Part shown: piece after piece, positions 40,601 through 49,601 of the stretch
Position numbering within the stretch: the first letter of the stretch is position 1
How the letters are laid out: each line of letters opens with the position of its first letter
NCBI GenBank assembly: GCA_050309605.1
Contig: JBNRMN010000063.1
Location: forward strand, 1-64,000
Direction: 5' to 3'
From: Anaerohalosphaeraceae bacterium
GTDB lineage: Bacteria; Planctomycetota; Phycisphaerae; Sedimentisphaerales; Anaerohalosphaeraceae
DNA: 64,000 nucleotides
Program-made: the position numbers and the translations under genes
Notes under the pieces: model-generated
What the model was told of the DNA's origin: nothing
Seen by the model: only the letters and a program-made list of their open reading frames with translations
The model's database searches: none

Positions 40601-43043
40601 GAATGTTGTTCTTGAATGGACGCCGCCGATGAATGCGGTGCGCTATGATGTGTATGTTGGAACCACCGCCGCAGCGGTGGCCTCGGCCGGGCCAGATGCG
40701 CCGGTGTATCGGGGACGGCGTTTGAATCCGCGTTATAATCCGGCCGCACTGGATGCATGGCGGGATTATTTCTGGCGTGTGGATGCGATCCTGACGGACG
40801 GAAGCGTGGTCACCGGGCCGGTATGGGCCTTTTCAACCGTCGGCGGCGTGATGCGTCAGGTCTGGACGGGACTTGCTGGGACTTCGATTGCCGACCTGAC
40901 CGGCAGCGATGATTATCCCGATTATCCGACATTGACGGACTGGTCAAGAGATTTTGAGGCGCCGACCGATTGGGCGGACAATTACGGTACGCGTATGGTC
41001 GGACTGTTGTATGCGCCGGTTTCAGGGCCGCACACATTTTGGATTGCCAGCGACGACAGTTCGGAGTTGTGGCTCAGTCCGGTGCCGAATCCCTCACAAT
41101 TGGCGAAATATGCCTCGGTGACCGGCTGGACCAACCCGCGCCAATGGGATCGATATACCTCACAGAAAACATCGCCGTTGAATCTGGTTGCCGGAAACTT
41201 CTACTATATCATGGCCTTGCAGAAAGAAGGCAGCGGCGGCGATCATCTGGCGGTGGCCTGGGAAGGGCCGAGCAATCCCGTTCGCAGTGTCATCGACGGA
41301 TTCTGGCTGACGCCGGTGCCGGATAATGAATGGCCGTCGTTTCATTCGCCTGAATTGCCGTCCCTTTCGATTGATGAAGGAAAGACGCTGGATCATTCAA
41401 TCGCCGCCAGTGCCTCGGATCCGGATGAGGATGCGCTGACCTATGTCAAATACAGCGGGCCGCAATGGCTCAGTGTGATGCCGAACGGTCAGTTGTCGGG
41501 CACGCCGCGGGACGGTGATACGGGTTTGAATGCGTTTCTGATCGGCGTTCAGGACGGCAAAGGCGGTTCGGATGCGGCACTGCTGCATATTGAGGTACGC
41601 GATCTTTATACCGGCTCAAAGGGGCCGACCGACCTGCTGCCGTTTGCCGCCCGCTGGTTGACCGATGGGCAGGATAACCCAGCCGATTTAACCGGCAGCG
41701 GCCGAACCGACTACACGGACTGGAACGCCTTTGCACTGAATTGGGGTCAGGACATCGCCGACGGATTGGCTGCACACTGGACGATGGATGATGCGGCCGG
41801 ACTGGCGGTGCGCGACCAAGCCGGTCGGCTTGAGGCGGACATGGTCAATATGAGCGATTTTGCACGGGTTCCCGGACGCTTCGGCAATGCGCTGTTCTTT
41901 GACGGGGACGGCGGTTATCTGCGGGTTTCGGGCTATTCGGGCTTGTCCGGCGGTTCGGCCCGAACGGTCAGTGCCTGGATCAAATCGCCGGGGACGGGAC
42001 ATAATATGGTCATTGCCAGTTGGGGACAGGTCCAGCCCGGCCGGCAGTTTTTGTTCGGCGTGTTTGCCGATGGAACGCTGGCGGTTTATTCCGGCGGTCC
42101 GTATATTAAAACCGCCCAGCGGTTGTTGGATGATCGCTGGCATCATGTGGCCGCGGTCGTGCCGGATACGGCATCGCCGAGCCTGGCGGATGTGCGGTTA
42201 TATATCGACGGCGTGTTGCAGACGGACACCTATCTCAGTTCGAATTCAATGATCGATACGACCCCCGACGGCGACGTCTTGATCGGCGCTGTGCAGACCG
42301 GCCCGAATCAGGCGGGCGCTTTTTATAAAGGGCTGCTGGATGACGTGCGCCTTTATGATCGGCCGTTGAGCGAAGAGGAAATCGAAACGCTTGGGGTCAG
42401 CCGCCTTCAACTGCATTTGTCTTTTGACGAAACAACGGGCACGCGGGCAGCGGATCACTCGCTCTATGGTCGGGATGCGATTCTGGTCAATCATCCCGTT
42501 TGGTATCCGGCAGGCGGCATCAAAGGCGGGGCGTTGTCGTTTGACGGGATTGAACACTACGTCAGGGTTCCCGATTATACGGGCGTGGCGGGCGGTTCGG
42601 CCCGAACGGTCAGCGCGTGGGTCAAATCGCCGGGGACGGGACGTAATATGGCCATTGCCTGTTGGGGACAGGCCCAGCCCGGCCGGCAGTTTTTGTTCGG
42701 TGTGTTTGCCGAAGGAACGCTGGCGGTTTATTCCGGCGGTCCGTATATTAAAACCACCCAGCGGCTGTTGGATGACCACTGGCATCATGTGGCCGCGGTC
42801 GTGCCGGATACGGCATCGCCCGGCCTGGCGGATGTGCGGTTGTATATTGACGGCGTGTTGCAGACGGATACCTATCTCAGTTCGAATTCAATCTTCGACA
42901 CGACCCCCGACGGCGACGTCTGGATCGGCGCTATGCAGACCGGCCCGAATCAGGCGGATGCGTTTTTCAAGGGGCTGATCGATGAGCTGCGAATCTACAA
43001 CAAGGCATTGGAAGCCTCCGATATGGCGCAACTGATGGAATAG
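37629..43043 (+). CDS. secreted M6 (immune inhibitor A-like) metalloprotease with LamG x4, PA14, Ig-like and dockerin-like modules
   Basis: propeptide QPDG..WGDEY; FCHENGHMVLGYPDLYD; EYFLIE; PA14 DNYGTRM..FWIASDD..KEGSGGDHLAVAW; four LamG domains. Confidence 0.88.
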   Translation: MKSTCASVFNVTVCVIVVWSVGGLLQAAPYAGDILELEQPDGSVVQVQFWGDEYYARGESLDGYTVVRDPATGWIVYAQLNEDGSEFIATEVVYDHRVPTDPNHPLLFEQSDVRAAGHNQTHRRSGLQRRLRQRQEVVEAIHLERRIQLHPERFLFAPAGDDGVDAADAQTAPAPVSGSVVGLTLLVEFPDQRATISASEIDRFCNEWGYTGYGNNGSVRDYFWEVSDGQLDYTNIVTDYVMLNNNKGYYDSCGDWGKAGELISEALNKLCAQGFDFSGLTRGSDGRVMALNVFYAGSPACGWSEGLWPHMSTRNVTICGTSFGRYQITNIGNSLRLGTFCHENGHMVLGYPDLYDYTYETNGAGSFCLMSYSGPGENPVPPCGYLRSTSGWETVVDISHDPSGTLRTHPANTNLSYRYSNPNNSREYFLIESRLKTGRNSGLPAEGLLIWRINEDGSNTSPVPHPTHPYRQFFRVALEQADNQFHLERKSNYGDANDSFRGGYRDTFDDFTTPDAKWWDESFSGLSITQISSVSGQMSFLVGGGFRPTAHYRFERNGQDASDNGYHAVGYNFPGDGSFWFGASFEGSYSDLGGSLQLSGAGEYAELPSAVGVGGQIGIAFWMRADQRADMIPLDKFPADASGAGWSVRLRNDGHIAFLVGSAGNHTEVVTRHPVYEAGRWGHVACSFKDGQARIFVNGRLRAMRSGLTQTPDTSVMPVRLGLASQVHPDWAYKGLIDEVRFYDMELTEGRLDAVDGLNFKPGRGAILHLPLDERSGAVAEDLSRQGQDGSLKNGLSFDSDSVPGVAAGALRFDGTDDYIEVPGGFYRFNGGFTVSMWVYPTEVKQWARFIDFGNGSSADNLLLARYGTTNDLTFQVYNGSSGGGHVRAANAIELNTWQHFAATITDGGSVVLYKNGQVIASGTTGSALNVYRTRNYIGRSNWDGDAYYAGLMDDIRMYNDALLASEIQALYQHRRMDSPYPLHGADEVSPNVVLEWTPPMNAVRYDVYVGTTAAAVASAGPDAPVYRGRRLNPRYNPAALDAWRDYFWRVDAILTDGSVVTGPVWAFSTVGGVMRQVWTGLAGTSIADLTGSDDYPDYPTLTDWSRDFEAPTDWADNYGTRMVGLLYAPVSGPHTFWIASDDSSELWLSPVPNPSQLAKYASVTGWTNPRQWDRYTSQKTSPLNLVAGNFYYIMALQKEGSGGDHLAVAWEGPSNPVRSVIDGFWLTPVPDNEWPSFHSPELPSLSIDEGKTLDHSIAASASDPDEDALTYVKYSGPQWLSVMPNGQLSGTPRDGDTGLNAFLIGVQDGKGGSDAALLHIEVRDLYTGSKGPTDLLPFAARWLTDGQDNPADLTGSGRTDYTDWNAFALNWGQDIADGLAAHWTMDDAAGLAVRDQAGRLEADMVNMSDFARVPGRFGNALFFDGDGGYLRVSGYSGLSGGSARTVSAWIKSPGTGHNMVIASWGQVQPGRQFLFGVFADGTLAVYSGGPYIKTAQRLLDDRWHHVAAVVPDTASPSLADVRLYIDGVLQTDTYLSSNSMIDTTPDGDVLIGAVQTGPNQAGAFYKGLLDDVRLYDRPLSEEEIETLGVSRLQLHLSFDETTGTRAADHSLYGRDAILVNHPVWYPAGGIKGGALSFDGIEHYVRVPDYTGVAGGSARTVSAWVKSPGTGRNMAIACWGQAQPGRQFLFGVFAEGTLAVYSGGPYIKTTQRLLDDHWHHVAAVVPDTASPGLADVRLYIDGVLQTDTYLSSNSIFDTTPDGDVWIGAMQTGPNQADAFFKGLIDELRIYNKALEASDMAQLME

Positions 43044-43343
43044 CCAAGCTTGAAATCAGCACGTATAATCGTATAATACCTTGAAAATCGAAGTCCATAC
43101 TCCTGTTTTCAAGGTTTTTTTATGCTGCAAAGGCAATATAATACCCAGAAAGTCCAAAAGCCAGCCCGGCTTTTCCCGTTATCCCCCTCCTCAGCACTCG
43201 TCAATGCGACAAGTTGCCCCTTCAGGGATTGGGTTTTGGGTATCTGTTCCGTGGTCTTGCGCCCACGGCTAAGCGTGGATTGCCGGCTGGAAGCCGGCGT
43301 TAAGATTTAGGGCTTACGCCTGCGACTTAGTGGTGTGTACGCT

Positions 43344-43424
43344 GCTCTTTCAGGGCGATTGGTGTGTTGGGTTGTGGTGACCCAGGGCGTTGCCCTGGGC
43401 TGGTGTAGGTTGCCCTTTCAGGGC
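43344..43424 (+). repeat. family-B REP arm upstream of hemB
   Basis: GCTCTTTCAGGGC..ACCCAGGGCGTTGCCCTGGGCT..GCCCTTTCAGGGC, as at 32303-32382. Confidence 0.85.
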
Positions 43425-43487
43425 GACAGGATGTTTTGGATTTTGCGTTGTCGTTTTGCTTTTTGATTTTGATTCGGAGAATAGACG

Positions 43488-44477
43488 ATGGGGTTTCCTT
43501 ATACGCGGATGCGGCGGTTGCGGTCGAGTCCTGGGATGCGGCGGCTGGTCAGTGAGGTTCGGCTGTCGGCGGCGGATTTTGTTTATCCGCTGTTTGTCTG
43601 TCCCGGTACGAACGTCAAAGAGCCGATCGCGTCGATGGCGGGGTGTTATCATTTTTCGGTTGATCGGGTGGTTGAGGAGGTCAAATCAATCGCCGCGCTG
43701 GGGATTCCGGCGGTGCTGCTGTTCGGGCTGGCCGAGCACAAAGACGCCGTCGGCTCGGAGGCGTGGTCGGACGGGTCCGCCGTGTGTCGGGCGGCAGCCG
43801 CGATTAAGCGGGCCGAGCCGGAGCTGGTGGTGATGACGGACGTGTGTCTGTGCGCTTATACTGATCACGGCCATTGCGGTCTGCTCAAAGACGGACGGGT
43901 GGACAACGATGCCACGCTCGAAAAGCTGGCTGAAACCGCCGTCGCCCACGCCCGCGCCGGGGCGGATGTTGTGGCCCCGTCGGATATGATGGACGGGCGG
44001 GTGTTATGGATTCGCCGGGCGCTGGATGAGGCGGGCTTGACCGAGACGGCGATCTTGTCCTATGCGGCCAAGTTTGCCTCGGCGTTTTACGGTCCGTTTC
44101 GCGACGCCGCCGGCAGCGCTCCGGGCCAAGGCGACCGCAAAAGCTACCAGATGGACCCGGCCGGTGCACACCAGGCGATGCGGGAGATCGCCCTGGACAT
44201 TGACGAAGGCGCCGATATGGTGATGGTCAAGCCCGCGCTGGCCTACCTGGACATCCTTCGGCAGGCCAAAGATCGCTTCGACGTGCCCCTGGCGGCCTAT
44301 CAGGTGTCCGGAGAGTATATGATGGTTTACGCCGCCGCCGAGCGGGGGCTGTGCGACGTGCAGCAGGTGATGCTCGAAACGCTGCTGGCCGTCAAACGCG
44401 CCGGAGCGGATGTGATTATCACCTATTTTGCCAAAGACGCCGCTGCGGTCGTGAACCGTTCTGCCCTCGATGGGTAA
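43488..44477 (+). CDS. hemB: porphobilinogen synthase (Zn-type Cys motif)
   Basis: DVCLCAYTDHGHCG, APSDMMDGR, YGPFRDA, SYQMDP, MVKPA, AYQVSGEY. Confidence 0.96.
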   Translation: MGFPYTRMRRLRSSPGMRRLVSEVRLSAADFVYPLFVCPGTNVKEPIASMAGCYHFSVDRVVEEVKSIAALGIPAVLLFGLAEHKDAVGSEAWSDGSAVCRAAAAIKRAEPELVVMTDVCLCAYTDHGHCGLLKDGRVDNDATLEKLAETAVAHARAGADVVAPSDMMDGRVLWIRRALDEAGLTETAILSYAAKFASAFYGPFRDAAGSAPGQGDRKSYQMDPAGAHQAMREIALDIDEGADMVMVKPALAYLDILRQAKDRFDVPLAAYQVSGEYMMVYAAAERGLCDVQQVMLETLLAVKRAGADVIITYFAKDAAAVVNRSALDG

Positions 44478-44490
44478 CCGCAGGCGCAGG

Positions 44491-45474
44491 TCAGAAGGTA
44501 ATGCGAACGGGCGTTTTTTTGAATTCGCGAACGGTGGGCAGAACGGCGTAATCCGCCGCGCTGTGCTGGTGGCAGAAGCTGCGCGCAAACGCATCAATCC
44601 GGCCGGGCGTCTCGGCGTGAAACATCGCGTACAGCGCATACGGCCAGTCGGCGACAGTGCGCCGGCGATAACAATGCGTCACCGCCGGAATCCGCGCCAG
44701 CTCATTGCCGAGCGCATGAATTCGTCCCGTGCCGGCTGCGATACACACCATCGCGTTGGCGGCATACCCCAGCCGCCTGTAGTTCAGCACCGCTGCAATC
44801 TTGCCGAGCACGCCCTTTTCGGTCAGCGACTTGAGCAGTGCAACCGGTGTTGTTCCGGTTGTGTCCGGCAGCATCTGGTCAAAGGGCTGCGAGACCAGCG
44901 GAAGTTCCTGTTGAAGGCGTTCGAGGACTTGTTTTTCATCCGGCGTCAAGGCTGCCGTCGTTGTCGTTTCCATCGGGGTGCGCCCTGGCCTGCCGGGTAC
45001 AAACCACATCGGCCCCGGCCCGGCCGGGTCAAAGCGCACGTCCAGCTTATACACCTTTTCAGCGGGAAAACTGTAAAACGCAAATCCGGTCGTTTGCCGC
45101 AGGCGTTCCAGCGCCGCATCAATCGCTGGGATTGATGTATCCTGCAGCGTGAACCACAGATTCAGCCGTCCATCGCGCTGGTAATTATGCGAAACGCCTC
45201 CCAACGCGCTGACCGCGGCGGCAGCCTGTTCCAGTCGTCCTTCCGGAATCGCCGCGCCGACCAGTACCGCGACGCGCCCCAAAGCGCGATAGTTGATTTG
45301 CGGTCGGTATCGTCGAATCAGTCCGTCGGTCTTGAGGCGGTGTATCTGATCAAGCAGCGTTTCTTCGCTGCACGCAAGCTGCTCGGCCAACACCGAAAAC
45401 GGCCGTTCGCACAGCGGCAGCGGCTCCTGAACCATCCGCAGCACGGCCTGCTCAAGGGGCTTTGGCGCCGTCAT
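44491..45474 (-). CDS. fused siroheme decarboxylase AhbA-AhbB (NirDL-like, two Lrp/AsnC-like halves)
   Basis: two repeats: QEPLPLCERPF..VSHNYQR..NLWFT and QQELPLVSQPF..VTHCYRR..WPYALYAMFH. Confidence 0.85.
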   Translation of the reverse strand: MTAPKPLEQAVLRMVQEPLPLCERPFSVLAEQLACSEETLLDQIHRLKTDGLIRRYRPQINYRALGRVAVLVGAAIPEGRLEQAAAAVSALGGVSHNYQRDGRLNLWFTLQDTSIPAIDAALERLRQTTGFAFYSFPAEKVYKLDVRFDPAGPGPMWFVPGRPGRTPMETTTTAALTPDEKQVLERLQQELPLVSQPFDQMLPDTTGTTPVALLKSLTEKGVLGKIAAVLNYRRLGYAANAMVCIAAGTGRIHALGNELARIPAVTHCYRRRTVADWPYALYAMFHAETPGRIDAFARSFCHQHSAADYAVLPTVREFKKTPVRITF

Positions 45475-46502
45475 TGCGTGTCCTTTCGTCTTGTCAGCAG
45501 ACAGATCGGATCCTCGGCATACACACTGCCGCGAACCGACAGCGCCCGCGCCCGACAACCCCGACAGTCATTCAGATAGCCGCACCGTCCGCAGGCTGCC
45601 TCATAACGGTTGTGATCGCGCAGGCCGCACAGCAGCGGCGACTGTTCCCAGATGCGCCCGAAGTTGTAATGCTCTGAAATGAGATTGCCGGCCGACTGTT
45701 CCAGAAAGCCGCACGTCTGCACATCGCCGTTTCGACTGATAAAGACAAACTCCGTGGCCGCCAGACAGCCGGGCACTTTCTCGGCATTGGGGATTTTTTG
45801 CTGCCGAGCCACACGGGCAAACTGCGGCCCGCACGTCAGCCGCAGGTCTATCGGCAAGGCGGTTTTCAACTGTGCCAGGCGATTGAGCACCCGCTCATAT
45901 TCCTCCGGCTCGAACAGCAAATCGCCAATCGCTTCGCCGCGTCCGACCGGCACCAGTACAAACGGATTCCAGCAGGCCGCTCCCAGCGACGCCGCCAGAT
46001 GGGCAATCGACTCCATCGCATCGACGTTCAGTCGCGTCAGTGTCGTATTGATCTGAAAGCGAAGGCCGACCTCTTTGGCCGCCTCGACGGCGTTCATTAC
46101 CAGGGCAAACGCGCCGTCGCTTTGGCGAAAACCGTCATGGCAAGCGGCGTCCGGGCCGTCCAGCGAAAACGAAAACGACAGCAGGCCGCTGTCTTTCAGA
46201 CGGTGCATCGTGTTGCTGTCCAGCCGTTCGCCGCACGTGGCCATCACCGGACGCAGCCTCAGCGAACGCGCATAGGCGACCAGCTCGAAAATGTCGTCGC
46301 GCATCATCGGCTCACCGCCGGTAAAGATCAGAATACACCGTGTATAATCGGCCAGTCCTTTCAGGATCTGTTTGCAGGCGGTCGTATCCAGCGGATCGGC
46401 GCCGCCGCCGACCGCGGCGGCCCGGCAATGCCGACAACGCAGCACACATCGCCCCGTTACCTCAAAGGCCGCTACGCTGGGTTTAATCAGGTCTTGATTC
46501 AT
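45471..46502 (-). CDS. ahbD: radical SAM/SPASM heme synthase (AhbD-like)
   Basis: CVLRCRHC, TGGEP, QINTT, LVPVGRG, TCGPQF, GCLA, CGRC..CRGCRARA..EDPIC; adjacent to ahbAB and hemB. Confidence 0.75.
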   Translation of the reverse strand: MNQDLIKPSVAAFEVTGRCVLRCRHCRAAAVGGGADPLDTTACKQILKGLADYTRCILIFTGGEPMMRDDIFELVAYARSLRLRPVMATCGERLDSNTMHRLKDSGLLSFSFSLDGPDAACHDGFRQSDGAFALVMNAVEAAKEVGLRFQINTTLTRLNVDAMESIAHLAASLGAACWNPFVLVPVGRGEAIGDLLFEPEEYERVLNRLAQLKTALPIDLRLTCGPQFARVARQQKIPNAEKVPGCLAATEFVFISRNGDVQTCGFLEQSAGNLISEHYNFGRIWEQSPLLCGLRDHNRYEAACGRCGYLNDCRGCRARALSVRGSVYAEDPICLLTRRKDTQ

Positions 46503-46522
46503 CGAATTGAAATGACAGGGGG

Positions 46523-47395
46523 CTATTTGATTTTCCTGACCATAAACGCGACAAGGACGCTGATGATCATCAGATAGTCGAGGTCTTGCAGGCCGTAATG
46601 CGCGTGCTCGGTGGAATTTTCAATATAAATGATGCCGTAGCTGTCTTTGTGAAGCATCACGGGGCAAATCATCACCGACCGAATCCCGCGCGCGGTAATT
46701 TGGCGAGGCAGTTGATGAATCAGCAGATACATATTTTTTTCAGCCGCATCGGACAGACTTTTGGGTACGGCCAAATCCACCCGCTCAATGTGTTCGGTGG
46801 TAATTTTGCGGCCGCCCTGGATGTCCATCGGTCCGGAGGACTCATGCCGCAGTGCGACCCAGACATTCAAGGCGCTGAACTGCCGAAAAAGAATGTCCAT
46901 CAGTCCTTTATAGAGGTCGTCAAGCGTTTTCTGTCCGCCGAAGGTTTCGACGGCTTCGTGGAAATGGTGCATCCGCTTGGCCGGAAAGCGGATCGGCGGG
47001 GCGTCGGAGGCATCGACTTTGCGATCCACCGTGTGCAGTTCGCGTCGAATGTGATCTTCTCCAATGAGCGTGTCTTCCAGATTCATCCGGCGATCCTGAT
47101 CCTCATCGTCTTCGAGGCTGACGCGAATGGTAAAGTCCGCAATGCGGATTGTGTCGTTGTGTTTCAGCTCGGCCTTGTGGATCGCCTGATCATTCAGATA
47201 GGTCTTGTTCGAGGAACCGAGGTCTTCGAGAATCCAGTCGCCGTCTTTGGTGGTGTAAAATACCGCGTGCTGACGCGAGACGGCCTTGTCGGGAAGGAAG
47301 ACCTGACTGCCCATCTGTCGTCCCACGTAAATCGGCCCCCGGTCGAATTTCAGTTCGTTAACGCTGCTGCTGCCGAGACTTACAAAAAGCCGCAT
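46523..47395 (-). CDS. FHA domain + GAF-like domain protein
   Basis: VGR..VSRQHA..EDLGSSNKT; C-term IRSVMICPV..YGIIYIEN. Confidence 0.85.
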   Translation of the reverse strand: MRLFVSLGSSSVNELKFDRGPIYVGRQMGSQVFLPDKAVSRQHAVFYTTKDGDWILEDLGSSNKTYLNDQAIHKAELKHNDTIRIADFTIRVSLEDDEDQDRRMNLEDTLIGEDHIRRELHTVDRKVDASDAPPIRFPAKRMHHFHEAVETFGGQKTLDDLYKGLMDILFRQFSALNVWVALRHESSGPMDIQGGRKITTEHIERVDLAVPKSLSDAAEKNMYLLIHQLPRQITARGIRSVMICPVMLHKDSYGIIYIENSTEHAHYGLQDLDYLMIISVLVAFMVRKIK

Positions 47396-47633
47396 AATAA
47401 CCTCGCTTTTAGCTTCTTTAGGTTTGTCCAACGCCGAAATTATACTGTGTTTTTTCGTCGTGTCAAAGGATATGCCAAAAGAAAAAAGCAGGACAGGCCC
47501 TCCGTGTTCAGACGGGTGCAAGTCGTGTTTTTTGGAAAATTTACTTGGCAATGCGGGACGGATCGGGTAAAACAATGTCCTTAATGCGATGACGTATCCG
47601 GCTTAACGGTTTTTTTCTTTAAGGGGTCGTGCA

Positions 47634-48959
47634 ATGAACCAATCGGCATCATCGGCGTCAGGTACTTCACACAAGCCAAAACTGCTGCCGCCCGGGGACA
47701 TTTTCCCGTTTGTTCTGCTGGCAAGCTGTTTTGCCTGGTGGGGCATTGCCAACAATATGACCGATCCGCTGGTGCGGGCGTTTACCGGCATTTTTGAGGA
47801 CTTGAGCAACTTTCAGTCTTCGCTGATTCAGTTTGCGTTTTACGGGGCGTATTTCGGACTGGCGATTCCCGGCTCCATCATCGCCCGCAAGTTCGGCTAC
47901 AAAAGCGGCGTGCTGATCGGGCTGGTGCTGTATGTCATCGGCTGTTTTCTCTTTTACCCGGCCAGTCTCATCCAGCAGTTCATCCCGTTTTTGATCGCGT
48001 TTTACGTCCTGGCGGGGGGGCTGTCCATCCTTGAGACCAACGCCAACCCCTATGTGCTTGTGCTGGGGCCGGAAGAAACCGCCACGCAGCGGCTCAACCT
48101 GGCTCAGTCGTTCAACCCCGTCGGCTCGGTCATCGGGACGCTGTTGTGTCAGATTTTGATTTTGGCCAAGCTGGAGGCGCTCAAGGCACAGTCCGCCGAC
48201 GCAACCGCCGAGCAGCTTCAAACTCTCCAAAGCCAGCAGCTTGCCATTGTCATTACCCCGTATTTGATCGTCGGCGGTGTTCTCGTGCTCATCTGGTTAT
48301 TGATTGCGATGACGAAGATGCCCTATGTGGTCGAGTCGGATAAGAATGTCCATTTTGCCGCTACGGTCAAACGCCTGCTGAAAAATCCCAACTATGTCTT
48401 CGCGGTTGTCGCTCAGTTCTTCTATGTCGGAGCGCAGATTTCGGTCTGGACCTATACGGTCTATTACATCCCCGACCAATTGGGGCTGTCCGGCAGCGAG
48501 GCGCTGAAGTATTACCACACCCCGGCGCTGATTATCTTTGGTGTGTTCCGGTTTATCAGCACGGCCGTGATGAGCCGCGTCGCGCCGCACCATGTGCTCA
48601 AGTTTATGGCCTTTGCCGGCGTGGTCTGTTCGGCGATTGTCATCGGCGTCGGCGGCAAACTGGGCGCCTTTGCGCTGGTGGGCATCTCGGCGTGTATGTC
48701 GCTGATGTTTCCGACGATTTTCGGTCTGGGCAGCCGCGGCCTGGGCGAGGATACCAAAATCGGCGGCTCCGGGCTGATTATGGCGATTCTGGGCGGGGCG
48801 ATTCTGACCCCGATACAAGGATACATCATCGACATTGCCAATGTCAGCATTTCCTATATTGTGCCGTTTGTCTGTTTTGTTGTCATTGCCGCGTATGCGA
48901 TTTTCGCCGGCAAGGTCAAACTGCCTGCTGCGAGCGTAACTACCGTGACAGAGTCTTAA
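47634..48959 (+). CDS. fucP: L-fucose:H+ symporter-like MFS permease
   Basis: FYGAYF, KFGYKSG, LETNANPY, RLNLAQSFN, FYVGAQ, MSLMFPTIF, MAILGGA. Confidence 0.9.
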   Translation: MNQSASSASGTSHKPKLLPPGDIFPFVLLASCFAWWGIANNMTDPLVRAFTGIFEDLSNFQSSLIQFAFYGAYFGLAIPGSIIARKFGYKSGVLIGLVLYVIGCFLFYPASLIQQFIPFLIAFYVLAGGLSILETNANPYVLVLGPEETATQRLNLAQSFNPVGSVIGTLLCQILILAKLEALKAQSADATAEQLQTLQSQQLAIVITPYLIVGGVLVLIWLLIAMTKMPYVVESDKNVHFAATVKRLLKNPNYVFAVVAQFFYVGAQISVWTYTVYYIPDQLGLSGSEALKYYHTPALIIFGVFRFISTAVMSRVAPHHVLKFMAFAGVVCSAIVIGVGGKLGAFALVGISACMSLMFPTIFGLGSRGLGEDTKIGGSGLIMAILGGAILTPIQGYIIDIANVSISYIVPFVCFVVIAAYAIFAGKVKLPAASVTTVTES

Positions 48960-48987
48960 ACGCCCTGGTCTAAATGAGGAAAATCCA

Positions 48988-49419
48988 ATGTTAAAGCATA
49001 TTTCGAATCTCATCAGCCCTGAGCTGCTGAAAATCCTGATGGAAATGGGACACGGCGACGAAATCGTCCTGGCCGACGGCAATTTTCCCGCTGCCTCAAT
49101 CGCGCGTCGCCTGGTGCGGGCCGATGGGCACCCCATCCCGTCGCTGCTGGAGGCCGTTTTGAAACTCTTTCCGCTGGACAGCTATGTGCCTCGTCCCGCA
49201 GCCTTGATGCAGGTTGTTGCCGGCGATACCGTCAAAACGCCTATCTGGGACGACTACCGTAAGATTCTCACTGCCTCCGGAGAACCTTTCACCGACTTTG
49301 AGCACGTCGAGCGGTTTGCCTTTTATGAACGCGCCAAACAGGCCTACGCCGTCGTGGCCACCGGCGAGACCGCTCTCTATGCCAATATCATCCTCAAGAA
49401 GGGCGTTGTTGTGTCATAA
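48988..49419 (+). CDS. fucU: RbsD/FucU family mutarotase
   Basis: MGHGDEIVLADGNFP, ERFAFYERAK, TGETALYANIILKKG. Confidence 0.92.
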   Translation: MLKHISNLISPELLKILMEMGHGDEIVLADGNFPAASIARRLVRADGHPIPSLLEAVLKLFPLDSYVPRPAALMQVVAGDTVKTPIWDDYRKILTASGEPFTDFEHVERFAFYERAKQAYAVVATGETALYANIILKKGVVVS

Positions 49420-49601
49420 AAGCCCTTGGTTGGAGATGTCCAGACCCTACAAACACTCGGCCAAAGCCGTCATCTCGCGGTCTCTTTAACAAGATACAAT
49501 AAACCCAAAATATACAAATTAAAACACAATTGACTTTTGTGCCGGTGCCGCGTAGTATCCACCAATTGTCTGGAAAACGAACAAATCCGTCGGTGAATAC
49601 A

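Noticed and set aside
41949..42990. DGR template/variable repeat pair
   Set aside because: Mismatches include many C/T and G/C changes rather than adenine-specific ones, both copies are in-frame coding, and no reverse transcriptase is present.
49420..49601. FMN riboswitch before ribE
   Set aside because: No recognisable RFN conserved motifs.
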